DNA of 64,000 nucleotides, from positions 528,131 to 592,130 of the forward strand of contig JAGDZV010000001.1 of NCBI GenBank assembly GCA_049115495.1, given 5' to 3'. This document shows, in pieces, positions 9,978 through 19,406 of this stretch (the stretch's first letter is position 1; each line of letters starts with the position of its first letter). The position numbers were made by a program, and so were the translations under genes. The notes under the pieces are model-generated. The model did not search any database, was not told the origin of the DNA, and saw nothing but the letters and a program-made list of their open reading frames with translations. Origin of the DNA: Bacteroidia bacterium (GTDB taxonomy: Bacteria; Bacteroidota; Bacteroidia; CAILMK01; JACPUW01).

Positions 9978-12791
9978 TTATTTGCTCAAGAACATTGACT
10001 TTTTCTTGTACAACTCTCTAAAATAAGGGTCTTTGGTATCTTTAATAAATCTAATGGCTTCACCTGTTGATTTCATTTCAGGTCCCAACTCCTTATTTAC
10101 ATTAGGGAATTTCTCAAATGAAAATACCGGTTCTTTAATAGCAAAACCATCTTCATAAGGGGTTAGATCAAAATCAGTTAGTTTGTTTTCATCTAACATA
10201 ATTTTGGTAGCGTAATTAAGATACGGTTGTCGGTATGCCTTGCAAATAAATGGCATTGACCTTGAAGCTCTTGGGTTGGCCTCAATTACGTATACATCTT
10301 CTCCTTTAATTGCAAACTGCACATTTACTACTCCTTTTACCTTTAAGGCCTTGGCTATTTTAGTACTATAGTCCTTCATTAAGTCTATAATTCTAGGCGA
10401 AAAATCATATGGTGGTAACACTGCATATGAATCGCCAGAGTGAACTCCTGCAGGCTCAATATGCTCCATTACCCCCATAATGTGCACATCGTCTCCATCG
10501 CACAAACTATCAGTTTCTGCTTCAAATGCTCTATCTAAGAAGTGATCAATTAAAAGTTTATTTCCAGGAATATCCCTAAACAGTTTAACCACGGCTTCTT
10601 CAAGCTCTTCGTCATTAATTACAATGCTCATGTTCTGACCACCTAAAACATAAGAAGGACGAACAAGTACAGGGTAACCAACTTCATTAGCCACCTTAAG
10701 TGCTTCTCCTGGAGTGGTTGCAACACCAAACCTTGGGTACGGAATATTCAATTCTGCCAAAAGTGTAGAAAAAGAACCTCTATCTTCAGCAAGATCCATA
10801 TCAGCAAACTGGGTACCAATTATTTTAACGCCGTATTTCTCAAATGTTTCGGCGAGCTTGAGCGCTGTTTGACCCCCAAGCTGAACAATTACGCCCTCTG
10901 GCTGCTCTAAATCTATGATTTCTCTGATATGCTCCCAATAAACAGGCTCAAAATATAGTTTATCAGAAATATCAAAGTCTGTAGAAACTGTTTCTGGATT
11001 ACAATTAATCATTATAGCTTCATATCCCATCTCCTTAATGGCCTGTATACCATGTACACAGCAATAATCAAACTCAATACCTTGTCCTATTCTATTGGGT
11101 CCGGCACCAAGCACTATAACTTTCTTTTTATCTGAAACTTGAGATTCATTCTCATCATCAAAAGTTGAGTAGAAATAATTTGTTGGTGATGAAAACTCAG
11201 CCGAACAAGTATCAACTGTTTTGTATTTACGAATTACACCAAGCTCTCTTCTTCTGTTATAAACTTCGTCTTCGGTACAGTCAAGTTGCTTTGCGATCTG
11301 AATATCTGAGAATCCATTTCGCTTAAGTTCCATCAAAAATTCCTTTGGAATGTTATTGATGCTGTAGCGACGAATTTCATTTTCTTGTTTTACTATTTGC
11401 TGAATCTGTAATAAAAACCATCTATCAATCTTGGTAAGCTTTTGAATTGACTTCATGGTCATACCAAGTGCCATAGCTTCTTTAATATAGAAGATTCTAT
11501 TCCAGCTCGGCTCCATAAGGGCTTTCTTCAGGTCATTTAGATTGGTCATTTCTGATGGTAAGCTTTCAAGACCATTTCTATCAATCTCTAAAGACTGACA
11601 TGCTTTTTGTAATGACTCATTGAATGAACGACCAATCCCCATAGCTTCACCAACAGATTTCATCTGAAGGCCTAAGCGCGTATCTGCTCCTGGAAACTTC
11701 GCAAAGTTCCATCTAGGAATTTTGGTTATTACATAATCTTGTACTGGTTCAAAATATGCTGAAGTAGTTTGAGTAACTGGGTTTTTAAGCTCATTTAAAT
11801 TATAACCTATAGCAAGCTTTGAAGCGATTTTGGCAATAGGATAACCTGTTGCTTTTGATGCAAGAGCAGATGAGCGTGAAACCCGCGGATTAATCTCAAT
11901 GGCAATAAGCTTTTCGTCTTCTGGATTTATGGCAAATTGCACATTACAGCCACCTGAAAAACTTCCAAGTGAACGCATCATTTTAATAGCCATGTCTCTC
12001 ATTTCCTGATAAGCGGTATCAGACAAGGTCATTGCAGGTGCAACTGTAATTGAATCTCCAGTATGAACCCCCATAGGGTCGAGGTTTTCAATTACACAGA
12101 TAATGGTAACATTATCATTATTATCTCTTAACAACTCGAGCTCATACTCCTTCCAACCCAATACGGCTTGCTCTACTAAAACTTCATGAACAGGCGAAAA
12201 CTCTAGGCCTCTTCTCAAAGCTGCATCAAACTCTTCCTTTTTATGAACAAAGCCACCACCTGAGCCACCAAGTGTAAATGAAGGTCTAATTACCAATGGA
12301 AAGCCAATTTTTTGTGCGGCTTCTTTACCTTCAAGGTATGAATTGGCAATTTGCGATGTAGCGACCGGTATCCCGATCTCAACCATAAGTTGTCTAAATA
12401 ACTCACGGTCTTCAGTTTTGTCAATGGCAGCTATATCTACACCTATAATCTCAACACCAAACTCTTCCCATACACCTTGTTCTTCGGCTTCTTTACAAAG
12501 ATTAAGTGCCGTTTGCCCTCCCATAGTTGGCAATACTGCATCTATATCGTGCTTTGCCAAAATCTCTCTTATAGACTCAACAGTTAATGGTTTTAAGTAA
12601 ATGTTATTGGCCATTATGGGATCGGTCATAATTGTGGCCGGATTTGAATTTATCAAGGTAACTTCAATACCTTCTTCCATTAGTGATCTTGAAGCTTGAC
12701 TTCCAGAATAATCAAATTCGCATGCTTGACCAATAACAATGGGACCACTTCCAATAATAAAAACTGACTTAATATCCTTTCTAAGAGGCAT
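9978..12791 (-). CDS. carB: carbamoyl-phosphate synthase large subunit
   Basis: Two ATP-grasp halves (IGQACEFDYSG ... IGQGIEFDYCCVH) and oligomerisation domain. ORF-track start 12839 is 16 codons upstream; internal Met (MPLRKDIKSVFIIGSGP) is the likely true start. Confidence 0.9.
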   Translation of the reverse strand: MPLRKDIKSVFIIGSGPIVIGQACEFDYSGSQASRSLMEEGIEVTLINSNPATIMTDPIMANNIYLKPLTVESIREILAKHDIDAVLPTMGGQTALNLCKEAEEQGVWEEFGVEIIGVDIAAIDKTEDRELFRQLMVEIGIPVATSQIANSYLEGKEAAQKIGFPLVIRPSFTLGGSGGGFVHKKEEFDAALRRGLEFSPVHEVLVEQAVLGWKEYELELLRDNNDNVTIICVIENLDPMGVHTGDSITVAPAMTLSDTAYQEMRDMAIKMMRSLGSFSGGCNVQFAINPEDEKLIAIEINPRVSRSSALASKATGYPIAKIASKLAIGYNLNELKNPVTQTTSAYFEPVQDYVITKIPRWNFAKFPGADTRLGLQMKSVGEAMGIGRSFNESLQKACQSLEIDRNGLESLPSEMTNLNDLKKALMEPSWNRIFYIKEAMALGMTMKSIQKLTKIDRWFLLQIQQIVKQENEIRRYSINNIPKEFLMELKRNGFSDIQIAKQLDCTEDEVYNRRRELGVIRKYKTVDTCSAEFSSPTNYFYSTFDDENESQVSDKKKVIVLGAGPNRIGQGIEFDYCCVHGIQAIKEMGYEAIMINCNPETVSTDFDISDKLYFEPVYWEHIREIIDLEQPEGVIVQLGGQTALKLAETFEKYGVKIIGTQFADMDLAEDRGSFSTLLAELNIPYPRFGVATTPGEALKVANEVGYPVLVRPSYVLGGQNMSIVINDEELEEAVVKLFRDIPGNKLLIDHFLDRAFEAETDSLCDGDDVHIMGVMEHIEPAGVHSGDSYAVLPPYDFSPRIIDLMKDYSTKIAKALKVKGVVNVQFAIKGEDVYVIEANPRASRSMPFICKAYRQPYLNYATKIMLDENKLTDFDLTPYEDGFAIKEPVFSFEKFPNVNKELGPEMKSTGEAIRFIKDTKDPYFRELYKKKSMFLSK

Positions 12792-13272
12792 GGGCAGGAA
12801 AAATTTCGTGCAAAGATAACCCTTTGGGTAGCTTGGCAAAATCTACAAGTGAAGGCTTTTTCACCTAGTGTTAATATAATCACTATGAATTTTAACAAAT
12901 CAAAAAAACCCTCATAGCTATCTCTTATTTGCTTTTTTCTCTCAGATTATTGAAAGAAACAAACAAATGGGTCAGTAAATGAATGCAAATGTTAAGGTAG
13001 TCCAGTAGCACTTAGTGTCCCACCAGCTCTACTTAATAGTAAAGATGACACAGTAAGTTTTTAACTTGATTTGTTTAGCCAATTATTATCTCTTAAAAAG
13101 ACTACGCACTTCTACTCATAGAGCTACTCCAAACTTCAAGAAGTGTCTTTCACCTCAGCCTTCAATATTCGTGATCATATGGACTGAACCTATCCAACTT
13201 ATCAACCAACAATTACGACCTTTTGAATAGTTTTATCTTCACCAAAACATTAAATGACCTTTACTTTGAAGT

Positions 13273-14316
13273 ATGAAGATTGCCTTGGTGCACTGGCGCC
13301 TTGCCAACGTAGGTGGATTAGAACAAAGACTGAGAAATTATCTGGACTATTTTAGTACTCAGGGACATGAAATTGTGCTTTTTTGCTACAAGCAAGATCC
13401 AAATTTTGAATTACCCAATGGTGTTGAAGTACGAAAAGTGCATTTAGGAGCAATGCCTAGACCCTACCGTTTGTGGTATTTCAATCATAAACTTCAGCGT
13501 GTTTTTAATGCGAATGAGTTTGATTTTTCATTGAGCTTACAAAGAACGGGACAACAAGATGCTTGTCTTGCACCAGGTGACCACCTCGGCTTTTTAAAAT
13601 CTTTACGAAGACCGGGACGTAAACCCAAAGACATTGTTCAAATTAACCTCGACAAAATAAGCTTTGCTAACTCAAAATATATTTTTCCATGTTCTAACAT
13701 GGTAAAACAAAACTTGATTGAATTATATGGTGTACCTGAAAGTAAAATGACCACTTTACTACCTCCATTAAATACCAAAAAATTTAATCAAATACTCAGA
13801 ATAGAAAGAGAAGCGCTGAAGACAAAGTACAACATGAGCGCTGACAAAAAAACTTTTGTAATCGTATCTACTGCTCACAGAAGAAAAGGAGTTCCTCTTT
13901 TAATTAAAGCATTTAGAAGGCTCAAGGATTTTCCTGTAGAACTAAAAATTGTTGGCAAACCAAAAGTAAGAACCAACTTGTCAAATGTTGAATACCTTGG
14001 CTACATTAGTGATGTAAACGAAATTTATACAGCTGCTGATTTTTCAATTCATCCAGCAAAATACGAACCTTTTGGGCAGGTAATCTCTGAATCTCTTGCC
14101 TGCGGTACACCAGTTCTTATTTCTGAAAACACAGGGTGGAGTACAGATTTACCTAGAGACTATGGTAATGTAGTTAATGGGTTAAGACCAAAACAATGGG
14201 CCGAAGCAATAAAGGACGTAGTAGATCAAGACTTTAGTATTCCTGAAAACTTTGCCCAAATTCATGAACTAAGTCTTGAAGACCATATGAATAAGATGCT
14301 GTCTGTAATTATTTAA
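13273..14316 (+). CDS. GT4-family (GT-B) glycosyltransferase
   Basis: C-terminal EX7E-type motif region (YEPFGQVISESLACGTPVLIS) and N-terminal GT-B half. Confidence 0.8.
   Translation: MKIALVHWRLANVGGLEQRLRNYLDYFSTQGHEIVLFCYKQDPNFELPNGVEVRKVHLGAMPRPYRLWYFNHKLQRVFNANEFDFSLSLQRTGQQDACLAPGDHLGFLKSLRRPGRKPKDIVQINLDKISFANSKYIFPCSNMVKQNLIELYGVPESKMTTLLPPLNTKKFNQILRIEREALKTKYNMSADKKTFVIVSTAHRRKGVPLLIKAFRRLKDFPVELKIVGKPKVRTNLSNVEYLGYISDVNEIYTAADFSIHPAKYEPFGQVISESLACGTPVLISENTGWSTDLPRDYGNVVNGLRPKQWAEAIKDVVDQDFSIPENFAQIHELSLEDHMNKMLSVII
13829..14300 (+). repeat. direct repeat copy 1 (~472 bp, 3' half of GT4 gene)
   Basis: About 97% identical to 15979..16450, compared by eye over the whole length. Confidence 0.85.
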
Positions 14317-15809
14317 TGCTTAAGCTGAACTTCAATAGCAGACTTTTTCATTTATCAATTATTACTATTTGTGTCTTAGGTCTCTACTTATATCTAGGAC
14401 CTAGATTGAACTTTTACGATTGTTTGCAATATGTAGATGCAGCATTAAACTTCAAAGACAATTTTTCATTCGCGAATCACAATACTTTTTCAGGTAGGCT
14501 CATTTTCTTACCATTAGCGCTATCTCTAAAACTTTTTGGTACAAACCTGTATGCTATCACAGTTCCTGGCTTATTCTTAACTCTCATTGTTTTTTATTTA
14601 GTTTATTCAAGCATTTCAAATAAAACAATAGCTTTAATTATTGGCCTGACTTATGCAATTAGCTTAACTTTTATCGAGATTGTTATTGAACCCAATGCAG
14701 ATATTTACACCTTATGTTTTGAAGTACTTAGCCTGCAGTTAATGTATCGGTTTAGCCTGAGTCGAAAAACAGTTTTTTTGATTTTTTCGGCCGTATTCAT
14801 CTTCATTGCGCTTTTGTTTAAGCTTAGTGCAATTTACACTTTCCTAATATTGATATTTCAGTGTGTTAATCTAAAAGTCAATAAAAGACAGATAATTGGT
14901 GTATTATCTGTTCTATTAATTTTCACCGCAATTTCGGGACTTTACTATGAATATTTTTTTGATGATCCATGGTTTAGGTTCAATGTGATACAGCGGGAAC
15001 ATAATTCATCCAGTCATAGCTATTTCGATAAATCTTGGAATGAAATTTTTGAGCGAATTACAGTTGGACCTTTTAGAATGTTTGTTGAAAGATTGGAGTT
15101 CGGAGTGTTGTTCACTTTCTTTTTTTCAACAATTGTAAAATTCCGAAAAGAGTTCTTAAAAAATTTCTGGACCCTATCATGCGTGCTTTCAATCCTACTA
15201 CATTGGTTTGGTTCTACTTCATTTACCAGTTACAACCCATTACCTCCAATTTTCAGGATGTGGTTAGTACCATTGGTCCTTTTAGCCATTTCTGTTGGTT
15301 CAAATCATAAAAAGATTCAATTGAAAACTTCTCTTTTCTTTTTATTAATAATTACCCTTTTAACAATAAACCACCTACCTTTAAGCCGAGTTTTCTTTGC
15401 TACCTTCATCATATTTATCTTTTTTTTCACAGTTACCCAAAAGGCGACATTTGGGCTGAAGTATCTTAGAATACTGCCATTTATCGCATTTTTGGGAAGT
15501 TTCAATCTAATTCATAATAAATACTATAAGTTCAGCGACGGATTAGACTGGATTGCATCAAACGAAGGAAACCATGTCAATGTAGTTGTTTTAGAAAGAG
15601 ATAAAAAAGTGAAGTTAAAAAAAACTCTTAATCAGTTTTATAAAATTCAATTAATGAAGTATCGTGATCTGGAAATGCAATATGATTCTTTCTATGTCAT
15701 TAACATAAACCACGAAGAACTAAAGTTTGATTCATTATTAAAGGTTAGGAAAAAGAAATCATTAAGAATTTATGAGAACAAGTACTTAAGCATCGATAAG
15801 ATTAAATAG
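14316..15809 (+). CDS. polytopic membrane glycosyltransferase, GT-C fold (ArnT/PMT GT39/GT83-like)
   Basis: About 12 predicted TM helices with a loop after TM1 carrying acidic residues. Start overlaps the GT4 stop (TAATG). Confidence 0.45.
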   Translation: MLKLNFNSRLFHLSIITICVLGLYLYLGPRLNFYDCLQYVDAALNFKDNFSFANHNTFSGRLIFLPLALSLKLFGTNLYAITVPGLFLTLIVFYLVYSSISNKTIALIIGLTYAISLTFIEIVIEPNADIYTLCFEVLSLQLMYRFSLSRKTVFLIFSAVFIFIALLFKLSAIYTFLILIFQCVNLKVNKRQIIGVLSVLLIFTAISGLYYEYFFDDPWFRFNVIQREHNSSSHSYFDKSWNEIFERITVGPFRMFVERLEFGVLFTFFFSTIVKFRKEFLKNFWTLSCVLSILLHWFGSTSFTSYNPLPPIFRMWLVPLVLLAISVGSNHKKIQLKTSLFFLLIITLLTINHLPLSRVFFATFIIFIFFFTVTQKATFGLKYLRILPFIAFLGSFNLIHNKYYKFSDGLDWIASNEGNHVNVVVLERDKKVKLKKTLNQFYKIQLMKYRDLEMQYDSFYVININHEELKFDSLLKVRKKKSLRIYENKYLSIDKIK

Positions 15810-15978
15810 AACATTAGATCACTCCCAACATGTAAAATTCGTCGCTCATGGGATTTTTTGCACATTAAACATTTCTATTCCAAAAGCTTCACAAAAAGCT
15901 CAATAGTCAGTGCGACAATACCAAAAAACCTGCGGACGTACTAATACAAAAAAAAATCACATATGAATTAAGTAGCAA

Positions 15979-16450
15979 ACACAACATGAGCGCTGACAAA
16001 AAAACTTTTGTAATTGTATCTACTGCTCACAGAAGAAAAGGAGTTCATCTTTTAATTAAAGCATTTAGAAGGCTTAAGGATTTTCCTGTAGAACTAAAAA
16101 TTGTTGGCAAACCAAAAGTAAGAACCAACTTGCCAAATGTTGAATACCTTGGCTACCTTAGTGATGTAAACGAAATTTATACAGCTTCTGATTTTTCAAT
16201 TCATCCAGCAAAATACGAACCTTTTGGGCAGGTAATCTCTGAATCTCTTGCCTGTGGTACACCAGTTCATATTTCTGAAAACACAGGGTGGAGTACAGAT
16301 TTACCTAGAGACTATGGTAATGTAGTTAATGGGTTAAGACCAAAACAATGGGCCGAAGCAATAAAGGACGTAGTAGATCAATACTTTAGTATTCCAGAAA
16401 ACTTTGCCCAAATTCATGAACTAAGTCTTGAAGACCATATGAATAAGATG
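15979..16450 (+). repeat. direct repeat copy 2 (~472 bp)
   Basis: Near-identical to 13829..14300. Diverges only at the last 7 codons. Confidence 0.85.
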
Positions 16451-16477
16451 CTTAGAACAGTAGGTGTCTTACGCTAG
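15986..16477 (+). pseudogene. truncated GT4 glycosyltransferase fragment (C-terminal half only)
   Basis: 163-aa ORF, about 95% identical to residues 186-347 of the 13273..14316 product. Lacks the N-terminal GT-B domain, and its new C-terminal tail (…LRTVGVLR) differs from the parent. Confidence 0.6.
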
Positions 16478-17245
16478 TGGTTTTTTGCCAACGTATAAAT
16501 ATTCATTTTTAGGAAGATTATAATATTCTACTTGATCAGCACTTAGCTCTTCAACAGTTTTATCTTCGATTACCTCAAAACCAGCTTTTTCAATTCTGTC
16601 CGGGTAATCATCTCCGTACATTCTCACATGATCTTTTTGTCCAAAAAGTCTTTCTCGCTCCCATGGATCAGTAATGCTTGGATCTTCTTTTGTTACTGTA
16701 TAGGTTGGATCTTTTGGCGATTGCAGCATTGCCCACCCTCCGGGCTTAAGCACTCGCTGAATTTCGGTCATAGATTTATGATCGTCGGTAACATGCTCTA
16801 GCACATGGTTACAAAACACCACGTCAAAAGTGTTATCAGGAAATGGAATATCATGAACATCCATCTTCACATCAGCCAATGGAGATTCTAAATCACCCGT
16901 TGTATAATCAAGATTAGATTGACTCCTAAATTTATCAAGAAAGCACTGCTCAGGGGCAATATGCAGCATTTTTTGGGGCTCAGTAAAAAAGCTAGTTTTA
17001 TTTTTCATATAGAGCCACATGAGTCTATGACGCTCTAACGAAAGACAATTAGGACAAAGGGCATTATCTCTGCTTTCAATACCATATGGAAGCATTTTTC
17101 TAAACTTTTTTTCACAAACCACGCAATGGTGCTTGTCTCCTTTGTAGAAAGGCACAATAATTACCCTAAAAATATAACTAAGACGTAGCAACCATGGTCT
17201 TGGCACCCTACGCATTAAAAAAGTCATGAATTTCTTCAACTCCAA
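16469..17245 (-). CDS. class I SAM-dependent methyltransferase with N-terminal Cys4 zinc-ribbon
   Basis: VVFCNHVLEHV…LKPGG methyltransferase-11-type motifs. CVVC…CPNC zinc ribbon. Confidence 0.75.
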   Translation of the reverse strand: MELKKFMTFLMRRVPRPWLLRLSYIFRVIIVPFYKGDKHHCVVCEKKFRKMLPYGIESRDNALCPNCLSLERHRLMWLYMKNKTSFFTEPQKMLHIAPEQCFLDKFRSQSNLDYTTGDLESPLADVKMDVHDIPFPDNTFDVVFCNHVLEHVTDDHKSMTEIQRVLKPGGWAMLQSPKDPTYTVTKEDPSITDPWERERLFGQKDHVRMYGDDYPDRIEKAGFEVIEDKTVEELSADQVEYYNLPKNEYLYVGKKPLA

Positions 17246-17394
17246 AAATTTAAGTTGGCAAAGATAATTTTACTTTGGAAGCAGAGGCAATTAAAACCAA
17301 ACCTTGAACGCTTTTGGTCGAAATTCAATAGGGTTTCTAAAACTTTGAATTCATAATTGAAAAACTTCAGTGCAAATTACGTGTTAACCCAATT

Positions 17395-18924
17395 GTGCAA
17401 GTAAACGTTGTTTGGCTTAAAAGAGACATAAGGTGGCGTGACCATGAGGCCCTAAATGATGCGTTAAAAGAAGGAATCCCAGTAATAATAATTCATTTTT
17501 TTGAGCCAAGCTTAATGGCTGCTAAAACTTCAAGCAATCGTCATTGGCGATTCGTTTTCGAAAGCTTGAAAGACCTAGAGAACACCATTCAGCCAAAATC
17601 GAAAAATAAAAACTCCATTAACATTGCCCACTGCGAAGTTGAAATGGGTTTCCACTTACTGAGTCAGCATTTCAACATTAAAAAGGTCTTCTCGTACCAA
17701 GAAACAGGTAATGCAATAACATACGCTCGCGACAAGTCAATGGCCAAATGGATGAACAAGCGTGGCATCAAGTGGACAGAATTACAAACCAACGGCGTGC
17801 AAAGAGGACGAAAAAACCGAATAGATTGGTCAGCAGCATTTGAACAAAGAATGACTAGCACTGAAGTATTCCCAGATTTAAAGAACGCAGAACTTGTTTG
17901 TTTAAATAAAGCGCTAAATGCAAAGTTGAACCAAGAGCGACTACCACATAAAATTACTAAACGTGACAGTAGATTTCAGCCTGGGGGCGAATCATGGGCC
18001 ATAAAATACTTGAAGTCATTTTTAACTGATCGCAGCCGGAACTACAGTAAAGGTATTTCAAAACCAGAGTGGAGTCGTAAAACCTGTAGCCGACTTTCAC
18101 CATATTTGACATGGGGCAACATTTCTATGCGCACCCTTTTCAACGAAATGGACCGCCATTATGATCAAATTCCTAATAAACGTGCGGTTATTAATTGGCG
18201 ATCGAGACTTTATTGGCATTGTCATTTCATTCAAAAATTTGAAATGGAAGAACGTTATGAGTTTGAAAATATAAATCGCGGTTTTGACGTCATGCCGCTT
18301 CAGAAAAATGGAAACTACATAAAGGCATGGGAAGAAGGTAAAACTGGCTATCCTTTAGTTGACGCCTGTATGCGTTGCGTTGCTGAAACTGGCTATTTAA
18401 ACTTTAGAATGCGAGCCATGGTGGTGAGTTTTCTCACCCACAACCTATTACAACCTTGGCAAACAGGTACTGGGTTTTTAGCTCGAAACTTTTTAGACTA
18501 TGAGCCTGGAATTCATTATCCGCAGTTTCAAATGCAGGCAGGCATGACAGGCACCAATACATTTAGAATATACAACGTGGTGAAGCAAGCTGAAGAGCAT
18601 GACCCAAAAGCTGAATTCATTAAAAAGTGGGTGCCTGAGTTGCGAGAGCTACCCACTGAATTTGCCCTTAAACCTTGGGAAATGACCGATCTCGAGCAAA
18701 GCATGTATAGTTTTAAACTTGGAGTTGACTACCCCAAACCCATTGTTGACCATGAAGAAACTGCAAGGCAAAGCAAACGCATGCTCACTGATGTAATGAA
18801 AACCGAAAGAGCCAAACTTGAAGCAAAGAGAATACTAGCCACTCATGTGCGACTTAGCGACAAAAAAGCACACCGAAGTAAGAGTGATCAGCTGCTGAAA
18901 GCCAAATTGGAAAAAGATGCATAA
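17395..18924 (+). CDS. cryptochrome/photolyase-family (CPF) protein, divergent subclass
   Basis: Photolyase N-terminus ([16 protein letters not shown]). FAD-binding domain ([13 protein letters not shown]…[11 protein letters not shown]…[16 protein letters not shown]). GTG start. About 35-aa basic C-terminal extension. Confidence 0.8.
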   Translation: MQVNVVWLKRDIRWRDHEALNDALKEGIPVIIIHFFEPSLMAAKTSSNRHWRFVFESLKDLENTIQPKSKNKNSINIAHCEVEMGFHLLSQHFNIKKVFSYQETGNAITYARDKSMAKWMNKRGIKWTELQTNGVQRGRKNRIDWSAAFEQRMTSTEVFPDLKNAELVCLNKALNAKLNQERLPHKITKRDSRFQPGGESWAIKYLKSFLTDRSRNYSKGISKPEWSRKTCSRLSPYLTWGNISMRTLFNEMDRHYDQIPNKRAVINWRSRLYWHCHFIQKFEMEERYEFENINRGFDVMPLQKNGNYIKAWEEGKTGYPLVDACMRCVAETGYLNFRMRAMVVSFLTHNLLQPWQTGTGFLARNFLDYEPGIHYPQFQMQAGMTGTNTFRIYNVVKQAEEHDPKAEFIKKWVPELRELPTEFALKPWEMTDLEQSMYSFKLGVDYPKPIVDHEETARQSKRMLTDVMKTERAKLEAKRILATHVRLSDKKAHRSKSDQLLKAKLEKDA

Positions 18925-19045
18925 GAAACCCCACTTACCAGAAAAAATATGCACCACTTGTGGTCGTCCATTTACCTGGCGCAAGAAATGGGAAAAGAAT
19001 TGGGATCAGGTGAAATATTGCAGTGAAAGGTGTAGACGGGCATAG
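18917..19045 (+). CDS. DUF2256-family small zinc-ribbon protein (42 aa), absent from the ORF track
   Basis: Translation [42 protein letters not shown] matches the DUF2256 signature ([14 protein letters not shown]…KYCSERCR). ATG overlaps the photolyase stop by 8 nt. Confidence 0.7.
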   Translation: MHKKPHLPEKICTTCGRPFTWRKKWEKNWDQVKYCSERCRRA

Positions 19046-19184
19046 GCATTTAAAGTATAAAGCTTTAAGAATTGTCGATTGAATGAATTCAATCGTTCCT
19101 GATTTCCAATCCTGGAGATTCAATCATCAGCTGCGAGTGATTTCAATTGCTCATCGTACAAATAGAAACATATTCCATGTTGAA

Positions 19185-19307
19185 GCTGTCTGAAAAACCT
19201 TGTGTAATTCCAAACTTGATTTGGGGTCTGTTCTAAAGGGTTGTATTTCAATGATCAAGATCCTGAATCAAGTTCAGGATGACGTTTTACCCGTCTTTTT
19301 AGACATC
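19185..19307 (+). repeat. MITE-like palindromic repeat element, copy A
   Basis: Ends gctgtctgaaaaa…tttttagacatc. Internal hairpins ccaaaCTTGAtttgg and atcctgaaTCAAGttcaggat. Similar to copies at 35838 and 36572. Confidence 0.7.
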
Positions 19308-19406
19308 TTATTTATGATTCTTCACTAAAAATTAAAATCATCGGATGCTGGTGATTTCTAATCACTCGACAAACAAAAACACAAATTCTCAGTTTACTCT
19401 TACGTT

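Noticed and set aside
9978-12839. ORF-track start of carB at 12839 (MPSYPKGYLCTKFFLP…)
   Set aside because: The first 16 residues are atypical. The conserved CarB N-terminus begins at the internal Met (MPLRKDIKSVFIIGSGP), so the start was moved to 12791.
14316-15809. Possibility that the gene between the 472-bp direct repeats is a transposase or mobile element
   Set aside because: The product is a ~12-TM polytopic membrane protein with no DDE or HTH motifs, and the flanking repeats are gene-derived rather than IS ends. It is better explained as a glycosyltransferase flanked by a segmental duplication.
18935-19123. 62-aa minus-strand ORF from the six-frame track
   Set aside because: It is antisense to the well-supported DUF2256 gene (18917..19045) and has no recognisable features, so it is treated as spurious.
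19060-19150. Possible fourth, degenerate MITE fragment (cctgatttccaatcctgg…)
   Set aside because: It has only loose resemblance (gatttccaatc versus gatttggaatc) and no terminal repeat motifs, so it is not reported as a copy.
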